Shown here: positions 50,359 through 62,500 of the stretch, in pieces
Layout: each line of letters begins with the position of its first letter
Position numbering within the stretch: the first letter of the stretch is position 1
DNA from: Lingula anatina
Taxonomy: Eukaryota > Animalia > Brachiopoda
Direction: 5' to 3'
DNA: 64,000 nt
Assembly (NCBI GenBank): GCA_051362555.1
Contig: CM120643.1
Location: 14,234,644 to 14,298,643 of the forward strand
Notes under the pieces: generated by a model
What the model saw: the letters and a program-made list of their open reading frames with translations, nothing else
Database searches by the model: none
Told to the model about the DNA's origin: nothing
Translations under genes and position numbers: made by a program

Positions 50359-53300
50359 TTGCATATAAGTACACATATTAAAGCCCAGAATTAGATATTT
50401 CTAAAGACAGTCATTTCAAGGACCATGTTTTTCATTTTCAGTTTGAGAGCACAGTCGGTATAACTGTAGGAATGGTTCCAGTGGATGAATGTCTTCAGGA
50501 GACTTGTGAGAGTGGAGGATGTACCAATGAGCTTGTCGTGGAAAACATCCCTCTGGTGGTGAACACAAACACTACTTCTCTGGTGGGAGTGCGTGCTTAC
50601 ATCAAAGCAGAGTGCACATGCAAAGCACGAGAGTTTACAGATGGAAATACGCAGTGTAGTGGAGACAGTTGTAAAAATGGCGGCACTTGTCTTCCAAATT
50701 TGTCAGGATCTGGGTACACCTGTCGCTGTCCTGCTGGTTTTGATGGTCCGCGTTGCCAGCAGAGGCGTCACAGCTTCTCTGGCAATGGCTGGGCTTGGTA
50801 CCCTTCTTTGTCTCAGTGTGAGGACAGCAAAACTAGCATCGAGTTCCTCACAGAGAAAGCAGATGGTTTGATTCTCTACAACGGTCCTTTTACACAGCAG
50901 ACTGGTGTTGATGCCGTCACTGATTTCATCTCCATTGAACTGGTTCGAGGGTTTCCCAGAGTGAAAGTGGACCACGGTACTGGAGTGCTGTCCCTGCAGT
51001 TCAGTGCAGCAGATGGCATGCAGCCATTGAATGATGGAAAGTGGCACGAGATTGCCGTCTACAGAACTGGAAGGGTGTGTAGCGTTTTGCTGTAAAGCTC
51101 GGCAGCTTTTTATTAATTTATTTATTTATTTTTTTTTTTTTTAATTTTATTATTTTTTTTATTATTATTATAAGAATTTTTTTCATTTTCCTAACTTAAT
51201 AATGAGATACTATAAATGATGCATTTTCTATCATAGTTTCCATGATAAAATATATATGTAAATATCATAGTAGAGTGAAGATATACTTTTAACACTTGTC
51301 TTGAATAATACAGTCAAGTGGATAAATATATGAATTTAAGCAGTGGTCAGTTGCTCTTATCTTTAGTTGATAATATGGGCTGTTTGTACAGTATTATGTC
51401 ATAAAGGTTTTACTGTTGGTAGGATGGCTAATGCTTGAAATCATTTATATTGTTTAAAAACTTAAATTGATACATGCACAGATACATCTGTTAACTTCAG
51501 GAAATAATCATATTTCTACTGGTTCATATTTTAGAGAGTTAGAGTTGTGGTTGACAACTGTGAGAATGCCCAGGTCGTTGAAAATGATGGAAATACTTCA
51601 ACGGAGGACACGCGACTGTGTGCAGCAGAGGGAGAGACCCCTGGTGAGAATAAGTTTATCAACGTCAACCTACCTCTGCAGTTAGGAGGACGCCAAAATC
51701 CAAATTTCCCAGCAGAGGTCACCAGTGGAGGATTTGATGGGTGTGTGAAGAATTTGATTCATAATGGAGAGGTAAGATGTCAGCTGCCTTTTGAATAATG
51801 TGTTAAGAAGCAGAGAAAATCAATTAAAAATGACTTGAAAATGCTTGAAAATTGTGTTGGTATGACAGTGGCATTGTGAACCTTAAGTCTGTTAACAGTC
51901 ATTTACAGTCTACTTACAGTTATACCTAGGTAACACAATATCTAAACCTTTTTTTCAAACTCTTAAGTATACAGTTTGCAATACACAAGACCGAGTTAGA
52001 AAGTAGGTGTTATTTATTGTATTCAAGTAATTTTGTCACAAATTTAAGTTATATTGTTTAACACCCACTAAATTGATGGCAGTGTCATATATCGCAGGAC
52101 ACCACTTATCCTAATAATATTTTTCATTCAATTTTTGTTTCTCCAAACTCCAGCTGTATGATCTACACATTGGGGACACGGGCATGCACGAGAACTCCGC
52201 AGATGGATGCCCGCGAGAGGATGCGATCTGCGAAGGTGTCAAAACTGATGCTAACAACATCAAACTTGCAGGAGAGCAAGCTGGACCCAAATGTGGGGCA
52301 AATGGCACCTGTGTTGTGACCAGCCTTAGTGAGAGAACGTACAAGTGTATTTGTAACCCTGGCTGGCGAGGTCTTCAGTGTTCCACAGGTTAGTACACAC
52401 TTAGTAGAATATGTTGAGATTTTTATATCTTGAGTTACTTTTATGAAGTGGGTGCAATTATTTATTTATTTATCTATTTATTTATTTATTTAGTGTGTGT
52501 GTACAACGGATAGGTAGTTTTTAAACACTTTAATAATCTTAATATCTTCAGGTTGACAAGGTATATTTTCTTCATCCAAATTTCAGTAGGTCACAATGTC
52601 CACTTAGCTTTCCAGAGAGACCATTAAAATATTGCAAGTTTTGCTGTTCCTCCCCTACTTTTCCTGGAATTAAAACAGTTGATGACTTAAATTCCCCGTC
52701 CCCCATTCATCCACTTGTTCACTTTAGATTAAGAGATTTGTATACATTTTGCCTCCCAATCTGAATCTTATTTTCTTGTATGTATCCAGCCACCACTGTT
52801 GTGGATTTCCAAGAAGACAGTTATCTGATGTGGGTCATGAAAGCGAACTATCAGTCCACATTGGACAGTATGGCATACCAGCGTAATGTGGAGATTCAGC
52901 TGATGTATCGAACACGCGACACACATGGCCGCGTCTTTACGGCCACCAATAGTGCAGGAAGGGAGTACATGAGATTACAGGTAAGCGTAGGTCACTTACT
53001 GTGAGGATTTTTTACTGATACATGTTGGGATAGGCCTTTTGGAACAGTTGAATCGTTGTGATAACAAGAAGCAGGTTATGTATTAATGTAAGTTATTACT
53101 GTAACTATTTCATCCTTTATCAGCTAGTCAGTAAGATTTTTGTAATAATTTTGAGTCCTCGGAGTGTGTCTAGTTCTCATCTGAATCTTTTTTCATCATT
53201 ATTTTTTCTTTCATTTTAAAAACTGATCTCTGACTGTGACTCAACACTTACTTCAGATCCAAGACATGAGACTTCAATTCGTCTACAACCTTGGCTACAT

Positions 53301-56300
53301 TGAGCAAAGCGTATCCCTGGACTATGTCAATGCTTCTGATGGCGAATGGCATGTTGTAAACGTGAAACGATTCGGCAAGCATGTCATCTTGACCATGGAT
53401 CAAGGAGAAGGGAAATACTATGCCGAAAACCTTGGAGCTGCTGTCGCCCACCGCCTCATGAGAATAAACCAAAGGAGAGTTTACGCAGGGGCTGAGCTTA
53501 ATGGCATTGACGGGTCGTCCAATCGGATAGTACCTGATCAGGATTTGTCAAACAGTAAGTGATGACTGCAAAGTAGCTTATGTAAACCCCCCCCCTCATT
53601 ACCCAAGATTTTCATTGCCTGTGTAGTGGTCAAAAGGTTTGTGTTTGTTGAACAATAATCAAAATGTCAAAAAATATGATTGTGTCAAATTATTCAGTTT
53701 GGTAATATGAAAGTAAAGTGCATGGCCAACAGTTGGAACATTGGAACAGTTGCAGAAAATCTAGCAAAAGAATTTGTGCAGCATATTTCACATACGTATG
53801 TTCATGTAAAGGTGTTATACAACTGACCTGTGCATATATGATTCAAGTCTTGCATATAAAGACACCAATTTTTCATCTTCAGCCTGTATGCAGGATGTGA
53901 GACTCTTTGGCGAGTGGCTCCCCATGATGGAATCCGAAGAATCTCAAAGCACAATAGCCGAGGTAGATCGCTCTGAAAATGTTGTCGAGGGTTGCCCATC
54001 TGATGCATGTGCGGGCTTCGTGTGCCCTCCTGATACTGGCTTGATATGTGTTGACCTATGGAGACACGCCGAGTGCAGGTAAGGGGGACAGATATTCTAT
54101 GTTTTAAAGTTCCATATGAAGGGAGCATAAATTCCCTGTGTTGCATGTAAATCACTACCACCAACTCAAAGAAAACCCAGTTGTCAGAGGATAAACCCAA
54201 TCAATCACTTGGTGAGCCAAAAAACAGCTTTAAAGCTGCACTTTCTCCAAATTTTTTTGTCATAAAATTGACCTCATTTTCTGTCCCTTAAGTTTGTTAA
54301 AGTCCACCAAATGACTTTGTAATGTATGATGCATTGCAGGCACTCAATAACATAATTATTTAAATGATGTTTGGTGAAAACAACTAAGGGTGTCATATAT
54401 GACAGAAAGATAGCAAAAAATATCTGTTTATTGTAAATATCAATTTTCAGGAAAAATGAAACTATACCCTTTGGTATTTTCTTAAAGTTATAGTAACTCA
54501 AACTATATTGGGTAGGTTTAGTGGCAAACATTTTTCTTGTCAGCTCGCTTCAATTGCATCTTTAACTATAACTTGCCTAATTTATACACTGTACTACCAT
54601 GGCAGAAGACAGAACCATGGCAGCCAACATTCTGAAAGAACATGCCACAGAAAGAGAAAGAGAGAGAGAGCCTGCAAGTGTGCAAATTAGACATTCTGTG
54701 CTCTGAATTATTATTATTACAATTTTTTTCCATTTCAGATGTCCAACTGGAGCCAGATATGATGCAACTCTGGCCGTCTGTGTCGACATCAACGAATGCC
54801 TCCTCACTCCTCCAGTGTGTCAGAATAATGGGAAATGCGTCAACCTCGAATTCAGCTACAGGTGCGATTGCCCGGCAGGTTATTCTGGTGACAACTGCCA
54901 ATTGTTTTTGGGTTTCACAGGAGCAGCTGCTGTGGCCCCTGCAGTATGGGTGGTCATTGCTATTGTGATTCTTCTTATCATAGGTAAGAAAGACTGTTTT
55001 CTCTTATGTTTTATGTGTCTCTTAGTGTATGGTGAATAAATACTGGTAGTTTTGGGTTTATATTTACTTTATGTCTGCTGTTAGGTGAAGAAATTCATCA
55101 ACTTGAATTCATCAACTTGACAAAACATTAATGTGTCATTAATTCACATTTGTTTAGAAAGGTGTTAAAATTGTTTAATAGGATCAAAGAGAAAAAAAAT
55201 TAAATGACATATGTTATTTGCAAACATGTAAATTGGATATGTGAAATTGTTAGAAAGGTGCAGTTATTTAAAGAAAAATCTTATTTCTCTTTCAGGACTT
55301 CTTATTGGAGCTGTGCTCTACCAGCGCCGCAGAACTGGTGCGGAGAAATATCTGATTGACATTGATGTTGATGATGACATGAGGGAAAATGTGGTCAACT
55401 ATGATGAAGATGGAGCTGGTACGTCTGACATACCCAAACTGTTTATATTCACTGTTAGAAATTGTTTTCAGAATTACTTACTACTTTTAAATTTATTTGT
55501 ACTGAAAGGTAAAAAAGGCACCCTTGTTTAATTTTGATATTTATAACGACTACTGTTCACTTCATTTAAACAGCACGCTACCGCTGCCAATTAAATCAGG
55601 CTATTTAAATGAAAAACAGAACGTTTCAAATTTTGAAAGAAAAAGTGTTGTTTCAATTGTCTGAATGAGTTCTCACTTGTAAGAGTGGATGTATAGCAAT
55701 AAGCACGACACTGATATTTAATCACTTACATAAACGTGATATGACACATTCTGATGAGTAATGGTAGTATAGTTGAACTTAAGAACTCATTTTATTCATT
55801 TGTTCTAGGTGAGGAAGACCAGGATGCATATGATATCAGTCGTTTAAGTAAACCCATGAACGGTACACCTAGCATGATGAAGTCTCCACTTAATGAAGAT
55901 ATTCCACGTGACAGGACAAAAGGTCTAGGCCAAGGTAAATAAGAACACAGGCCGTTTAGGTCTCTTTCTTTTTCATCAAGTTTTATAATGCTTCAGTTCA
56001 TCAGAAGTTTGCCATGAGTAATAATGTCTTATATAAATGATTAGCATATTTCATGAGCTGTAGAATGTTTTCTACTCATGTCTCCATGTTTGCTGTTTAT
56101 TGTTCTCCGTATTTGTCTTGTTCTATGTTAGACAAACTACTACCGATAAACTATACGTAGTGAAGAGAGAATCAATTACGATTAACAATTGATATATTAC
56201 AGCCCCAGGGGACCCACCTGATGTTGGTGACTTTATCCACCAACGCCTGAATGACGCAGATGAGGACCCAGATGGTCCGCCATTGGACAGTTTACGGGAA

Positions 56301-56462
56301 TATGACTATGAGGGCGGCGGAAGCACAGCAGGATCACTGAGCTCGCTGAATTCCAGCTCTTCAAGTGAAGACCAAAATTTTGACTACTTAAACGACTGGG
56401 GACCAAGGTTTGCTAAGCTTGCAGAAATGTATGGAGCAGGACAGAGCGAGGAAGACGATTAA
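14951..56462 (+). CDS. CadN: Type III classical cadherin (neural/DN-cadherin-like), 35 exons, ~3008 aa
   Basis: Exons: 14951-16172, 34583-34765, 35261-35495, 35944-36157, 36351-36465, 36978-37101, 37421-37680, 37915-38201, 38513-38965, 39472-39849, 40108-40311, 40927-41119, 41457-41600, 41806-41921, 43165-43332, 43811-44126, 44436-44678, 45102-45355, 45691-45929, 46196-46347, 46828-47085, 47378-47587, 49009-49117, 49357-49535, 49843-50069, 50442-51074, 51535-51771, 52154-52388, 52790-52980, 53257-53554, 53883-54078, 54739-54983, 55296-55418, 55809-55934, 56203-56462 (9027 nt, phases consistent). Signal peptide, ~18-19 EC repeats (DxNDxxP, LDRE/LDYE), [14 protein letters not shown], non-chordate domain ([12 protein letters not shown]), EGF-LamG-EGF-LamG-EGF-EGF, TM helix, p120 site and beta-catenin-binding tail. 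Confidence 0.93.
16358..16414. repeat. (ATT)n microsatellite
   Basis: Seen directly; similar tracts at ~46720-46777 and ~50280-50357. Confidence 0.9.
23918..24496. mobile_element. Three abutting Harbinger-like MITEs separated by TTA
   Basis: tta|gggtctattccca...tgggaatggggtc|tta|gagcgcattcagaaca...tgttctgaatgtgctc|tta|gggtctgttcagaac...gttctgaacagaccc|ta. Confidence 0.72.
24550..24693. mobile_element. Diverged copy of the 6755-6900 MITE
   Basis: Shared internal sequence ttccataactc.cccatact.gccccatataatacat...ctatgtgatatcgct and a similar TIR; flanks are cag and ctg. Confidence 0.72.
28759..28966. mobile_element. Harbinger-like MITE
   Basis: Inverted arms ttcccataa...tactagcaggatcgatc...taaattgcattcagt / actgaatgcaattta...gatcgatcctgctagta...ttatgggaa; flanked by taa and tta. 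Confidence 0.72.
32077..32163. repeat. (TA)n microsatellite
   Basis: Seen directly. Confidence 0.95.
33600..33912. mobile_element. Two adjacent degenerate MITE remnants
   Basis: gggcctcaagttta / tgaatttgaggccc (33600-33677), then ccatt...gtggatcgacccaact / agttggatcaatccac...gggaatgg; these share motifs (ctgattgcacttta, gcagagtt) with 253-523. Confidence 0.5.
36492..36546. repeat. (CA)n microsatellite
   Basis: Seen directly. Confidence 0.95.
46333..46568 (+). repeat. 118-bp tandem duplication covering an exon end and its 5' splice site
   Basis: 46333-46450 and 46451-46568 are identical except for one substitution (tgacac vs ttacac). Confidence 0.92.
48207..48224 (+). CDS. Candidate 18-nt alternative microexon of the cadherin (adds GWNDPD)
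   Basis: Branchpoint-like tgctaac at ~48172, pyrimidine tract and tttcag, an 18-nt frame-preserving phase-1 exon, then donor gtaagt. Confidence 0.6.
49357..54983 (+). CDS. CadN: Cadherin non-chordate domain, EGF and two laminin-G domains, start of TM helix (multi-exon)
   Basis: [20 protein letters not shown] and [12 protein letters not shown] (non-chordate domain); EGF CKNGGTC...[14 protein letters not shown]; Lam[10 protein letters not shown] and SDGEWHVV; Ca-EGF DINEC; [25 protein letters not shown], completed in the next exon. Confidence 0.92.
55296..56462 (+). CDS. CadN: Classical cadherin cytoplasmic domain (3 exons)
   Basis: [25 protein letters not shown]; PPDVGDFI...[31 protein letters not shown]...[18 protein letters not shown]; TAA at 56460-56462. 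Confidence 0.95.
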
Positions 56463-58886
56463 ATGGAAAACTGAACTTAAGCAAAAACACAAGATTACGA
56501 GATATAACAGCTGAGATCCCATCTACTAATTAGATATGCCTAGGTTGAACTCAACAGAACTCGGATGTTGCAGTTTTAAGATGAGCATGGAGAGCATGCC
56601 CACAGAAAAATTGTGTGAGGTACAAGTGCCACTTGGTTTGTTCTTCACTTGCTCCATTTTACAGTGTGTACATGTTTCTAGGAATTTATTCAGACTGTTA
56701 AGTGAATTTAGTTTCATATGACATTACTAAGTCTGCAGCTGAGAAGATGAGACTTCTCCATCACATTTTCCCCACAGTTATCGACAGTTTCCATTTGTCT
56801 TGTCTTCTTGTAAATTCTTAGCTGGAAAGAGGAATGAAAACATTCAACATACCACAGCTGTAGATATGCAGTGCAGATGCTTTCCATTATAATATGCCAA
56901 GCCATCCTTGTCTGCCATTCTATTGGTGCATTTTGGCAGTTTTTGTAGTTGCTACCCATTTTAGTTAGTGTAAAATGGTGAATCTTTCCTTGTGCTTTTT
57001 TTTTTTACTAAACATTATTGAAAACTTTTTATACAGCAGTCTCCTTTTTAATAATTCGGTCGAAACAGGCATCGCTTTCAACACCGATGACATTGCCACA
57101 ACTTATAAAATGTGTTAATACCAACAAATGTCACAACTTATGCAATGCTAACATTATTCACAACAAGCACTATTATTGTGTCACAGTATCTAAAATAACT
57201 GAATGAATTGCTTCACTACAATGTACATGTTCAGAAAGAATTTTATTTTTCATCATATATTTAGTTGTGATAGGTATGTTTTTACCTGAATCGTCACAAA
57301 TGTAAGAAATGTTTATCTCTGTGTCAACAACATCATTTCTATGTTTATATTAAGATTATTGAGTGTATTAAAACATCCATGTGGTTGAATATGTATGATC
57401 ATTGTTAAAGATTGGCACACTATCTATGATGCATTGCACTGAAGCTTAAATGTTAATAATCTCATTCATTGGTGATTGGTTAAAATCAACCAATCAAACA
57501 AAAACTCATAACTCGCAACCAAATTTTTCATGTAGAAGTCTTGAATCAACCTAATCTTGAATAGATGTTCCATCTTAGCATAGCAGATTGTGAGATCTGC
57601 TTGGGGTAGTGAAACAAATATATCTAACAGATCATTCCAAAAGGTTTATATATATAAAAAGGGCCTTGATCTCATGCATTATAATTTTATAAAATAGTTT
57701 CTATAATACTTGGAAATATTATCACGGTATGTAATATATAGTATTAGTAATTTTCATGTTTAGTCAAGAGATTACCCGAGTTCGTATTAATTGTTTTCCA
57801 TCACTTTAGAGGAAAATCCACGCCCTGTCACTTGTTTTTATTTGCCATTGTGAATGTCAACATATCTGTATCGCAAAGTTGATTATGTATAAAGTATTAT
57901 TTGAGGAAATTTCTGTACATGTGTTTCTGAAAAAAGTACAAGAAGCCTCTTGTCCTTGTACCTGTTATGGAGAGACTTTCATTTGTGTAATTTGATGTGC
58001 GTTTGTGCTGAAAGTTGTAGAAACTCACGTAGTGATAGATTGTTGGAGGTCTTCGTATCACTTTTTACTTATGAAGTAAAGTGCTGTAGATCAAGAAGCA
58101 AGTAAAGTATTGTCTTTAATTTCATTATTGTATGTTTGCGGAAGAAGGGACACATTTATAGATTCCGTTTTACCTGAAAGGCGCGAAGAGTAGTTTTTGG
58201 ATTGCAAGTAAATGATCCTTTGTTTGAATAAAGATAAAGATAATTATAAAGTTAGAAAGAACAATGGTACAGATAAAATATCAGAAGACAAAATGTGTAA
58301 TCTTTGTAGGTAGCTGCTTTGCAAAGTGCAATTTTTTGTAGTGATTTTTTTTCTGTAGTTAGGACAGTGGGTTACAATGTAGCACTAGATTTCACCAACT
58401 TGTATTGTTAAAACGGTAAACTATGTTTGAAGAATGATACAAATTTAATTGCAAATGTATTTCAATGGAATGAAGTTCCAAACTTTTACTGAGGTTTGAA
58501 AAAGAGTTCACCAGAAATTAAAACCTGTTATCAAAATGTTTTTTTGTATGGTGTAAAAGGCAGGTGAGCCCACAGATTTCTCGATACTAAAGATCTGTCC
58601 TCCATGCTCGAGATGAAATTTTTCCACTAAAATTACCCGGACTGAAAAAATGCTGCGCGCTGTGCGATACCAATATTTAGAATATATATTTGTACACATT
58701 TGCACAACTTCGTACTACTTGTAGAGTTGTATTTTTATTTCATCATATAAATTTATATATATATATATATGATATGTATTGCTTCATCATCTATAGCACG
58801 TAGATATTGTCGTTTTACGGAAGATGAAAGAAAAGCTCATTTTATTGTCTCTATATTTGTACATACCGCTTATACTGTGCATTTTG

Positions 58887-58892
58887 AATAAA
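58887..58892 (+). promoter_or_regulatory. Probable cadherin polyadenylation signal (3' UTR about 2.4 kb)
   Basis: AATAAA followed ~20 nt later by a T/GT-rich element (ttttttgtgtgtg). Another AATAAA lies at ~58227. Confidence 0.5.
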
Positions 58893-59508
58893 CTGATTTT
58901 TAATGAAACGGCCCTTTTTTGTGTGTGATAACACTGTAATGGGTCTATCGCGAAGTTGCCGTATTATACGACTAAATCTGTGATGATGACTATTAAAATA
59001 TAATCATATAGAAAATGACTACCACCAAATGAATATTTATTGCATCTTATGTACCGGTGAAAACGTATATATGGATATAAATACATAAGAATGTGACATT
59101 GGATTACAATATTAAACACGAAACTAAACATGATTACTATAATTAGAAATGAGTAACTGTATACATAGTCCACAAGACTATCTTGACATCTCATATAGGA
59201 TCATAGTGATTCAAAAAACACTCAAATGGTAATTTGAAGATTTATTTCGTACCTTGACAATATTCTAACAAATGGAGCTGTAAATGTTTTTATCACTTAG
59301 ATAATAGCATACACTGTACCGTCATTAACATGATATAAACAATGAAAATGCACTTTTTAAAATGCAAGCATGCATTCCATAGCGTCAACAGATCTGTTTG
59401 ACCTGGTAGAGAATTTTAAGATATTTTAAATATTTCAAAGATATTTTGCATTTTTTCAAGACAAATTGTGCTTAAAACATAGCATAAAGTCATTCTCGAT
59501 CATGATGT

Positions 59509-62500
59509 TTAGAAACTAATTGTAACTGTGAAGATATGTCTTCCAAATACACGCACGCTTACAGTTACATTTCTTGGTCTATGTGCGCGTCTCTGCCCTA
59601 TAAAAGAAAAGAACGTTATATTATTTCACTACTTAAAATATGCATCAACGATTTTTAACCTTGAACCAACTAATAAAATTTGAAAAAAGAACAGAACACG
59701 AGAGATAAAATTGAGAGGAAGAAATAGCAATCTGTAGAGTATTTTAATACGATGACCGGTCCATAAAGACTAATATGTCACTTACTGGAGTTGACACCTG
59801 GAGAGCTGACAGGTGCAGTCGTATATACAGGTAAACCTTGGCAGTGGCTCTTGATCTCAGCAGGTAAGAAAGAAGCGTCCCCAATGGTGGGCTTGACTGT
59901 CTTGAAATAGTGGTATTCGCGTGGCACCTCATCCCAAGTTTCGTTCTATAAGACAATACAGAAAGATGTTAATGAATATAAATTTGAATTGCGCAAGTGA
60001 TATTCAACTGTATAGAAAATGCGACCGAATCTGGGACAGCAGTGATGCCGGGCATGTAATTGAAAATTAAGTAACGACCAAAGGATAGTTGGTTTTAACA
60101 CAAAATTTACAATTACCAAACATCAGAGGTGGAATTTGGATGTACGGTTTGATTGTGCGTATGCCATGCACGGAATTTACAAACGAGCAACGGGATGATG
60201 TAGCCTGCAGTATTTGCGGTAAGCGTGCCAAGTTTTAGGCCGCTCCGATGCCCGGCAGTATTTTATTTCGATTATTATGTTTAAAATTGTGGATTCTTGT
60301 TTCACAAGCTTAGACTATTTTATTGTCTCTATGGAGGTATATGGGGACTTAACGACATTCGGTTTGAAGGCTTTAACCACTTGTTATAGTTTATTTTTGC
60401 ATTGTATTGGATTAATGTGGCAGTCCAAGGTTGTCCTAGGTGGTTTTCAAGTTTATGCACCCGGTTTTAATACATGTACCATTTAGCGATTTTACGACAA
60501 TTCAATTCTATCCAATCAAGGTGACAGCCGAGCGTGAGCGTGCCCTATCCCATATCTCGAAAGCTTCGCAAATCCCGGCCGTGCGCTAATGTCGAAATCA
60601 CCATTAGTTTCGAGGCTATTATTTGCGGCGATACAAACTAGTCCCAATTGATTGAATCACTGGTACCTCTGATAGAAAAACTTGCGGTAAATATTCAAGT
60701 GAAGAATGCTAAGGTCATGTTTTATTATGCATAAAAAATTCAAAATTAAACATTTCATACATCATTTTATATTTTCTGATGAATATAATTCATCTGTGTA
60801 GGCTACTGATAATAATCATAAATTTAAAAGTGTCATTTTCTACACAAAATGAAAAAGCAGAAACAAAGCAATCGGTCGCACCGTGACCTTCCTCAATGTC
60901 TATTATTGTGAGACTGAACACTACTCACCAATGTGTCAGTAATTGTGTCAGTCCAAGCTTCGCTTATTGAATTGTTTTTTGACATTTAATTGTGTAAAAC
61001 ACTTCAAATATCAGTATTTGTAATTATGATATTCATATAAATAAAAACAACCTCTTGATTTGCGTCATGGTGAAAAAAATTACATTTTGTGTAATTGTGT
61101 TATGACGTCTTCACTTTATGCGGCAATCGAATTTTTGTAGAGTTTGAGGTTATAATTGCGTTGCGTTTGCTAAGGCTTCGGGATAGCAGGGCCCCGTATC
61201 TCAAAAGCTTCGCTATTTTGCGCAAGTGCGCGAGCATGGCGAGCGTGCGCTATTTGCTAGTGCGATTGCACCCACCGGCTGAACAATAAAGTAATGACTT
61301 AAAAGTCATGTTTTTGAGACTTGATGTCAGCAGCAACACATACGTTAAGGCCAACTTTTCTCTAACACGTCTTCAGTCGCGTGAACGATTGCGTGCGTTC
61401 CTTTCCTTTTGACTTTGCGTCTGTTGTCGTTTTCTAAGACACCATCCGCCACTTTTTAAATTAGGTAGCCAAACATCGATAATTCTAAGCAACACTGTAA
61501 ACTTCCAATTGCTTTAAGCTCCGAAATGATAAAATCAAATCATAAATTTCTTTGATTTGCCGCCAAAGTATTGAAGGAAATCTCTGCTAGCAGTCCGCCT
61601 ACTCACAGCGTGGGCATCCAGTTCGTTCTTGAGATCCTGGGGTTTTGGGAAGGTTGTATCTAGCACCCGGACGTAGCAGGCCCCGGCAGAAGGTACGTGA
61701 ACAACGGTGATGCCCTTAAGATAAAAGTGGACATTGATTTTAGTAAAACAGAAAATTTATGACCTCAAGCACTTAGATAAGTGTAAATAATTGATATGAT
61801 ATGATATATTTCAAAACAGAATTGTCTTTCCAAAATAATGAAACTACATAACATACAAATGATCGATGGAATTCAATGCGCCGTTGTTTTGAGGTAAAAA
61901 TTTATTTTTGATTTGTCAAATTACCTTTCGGGGAAAAGAAAACATCGATCTAAGGAAAATAAAAATGCGATCTATCAGAGAGCGATGATACATCATTTTG
62001 CGCGCCATGCTCAATGTCAATATTGACAATATTACAAATTTAATATTCTAGTTTCTTTAAAAAAACTCACCTTCTTGAAATCGTTGACTGCAGTAAATTT
62101 TGGGACATCATTGTGTTTCACGCCGAAGAAAGTCTCAGTTTGTGTCTGCAGGTTCACCGCAATCTTCTCTTGAACGATATTACCTTCCTCGTGGAAACGA
62201 ACGGCAAAGGTCTGGCGGAAAAAAATAAAAGCGAACGATAAAGAAAAGTATATTGTAAAATAGGAATTACTTGTTTAAATTTCCCGTTTTGTTTAATTAT
62301 TCAAATGTCAATTTAAGCCTTGTGATTTTAAACCTCTAAAAATAGATGTAACAGAAACAAAAATTCAATAAGTTTGATGCATGTTATCATTAGAAGCAGT
62401 ACTTACTTTTGCTTGCTCTAGCTTGGTTCGTTGTTAAAATAGATAAATGAATAAATAAATAAGGATCGAGAATATCAGTTTAATGCACGTTGTTATACCT

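Noticed and set aside
34583-54983. Mutually exclusive duplicated exons like those of arthropod DN-cadherin
   Set aside because: The exons chain in phase as a single series, and I saw no duplicate exon in the longer introns (41922-43164, 47588-49008).
59744-59956. 70-aa minus ORF as the coding frame
   Set aside because: The BRICHOS exon 59945-59786 uses a different frame (NETWDEVP...HCQGLPVY).
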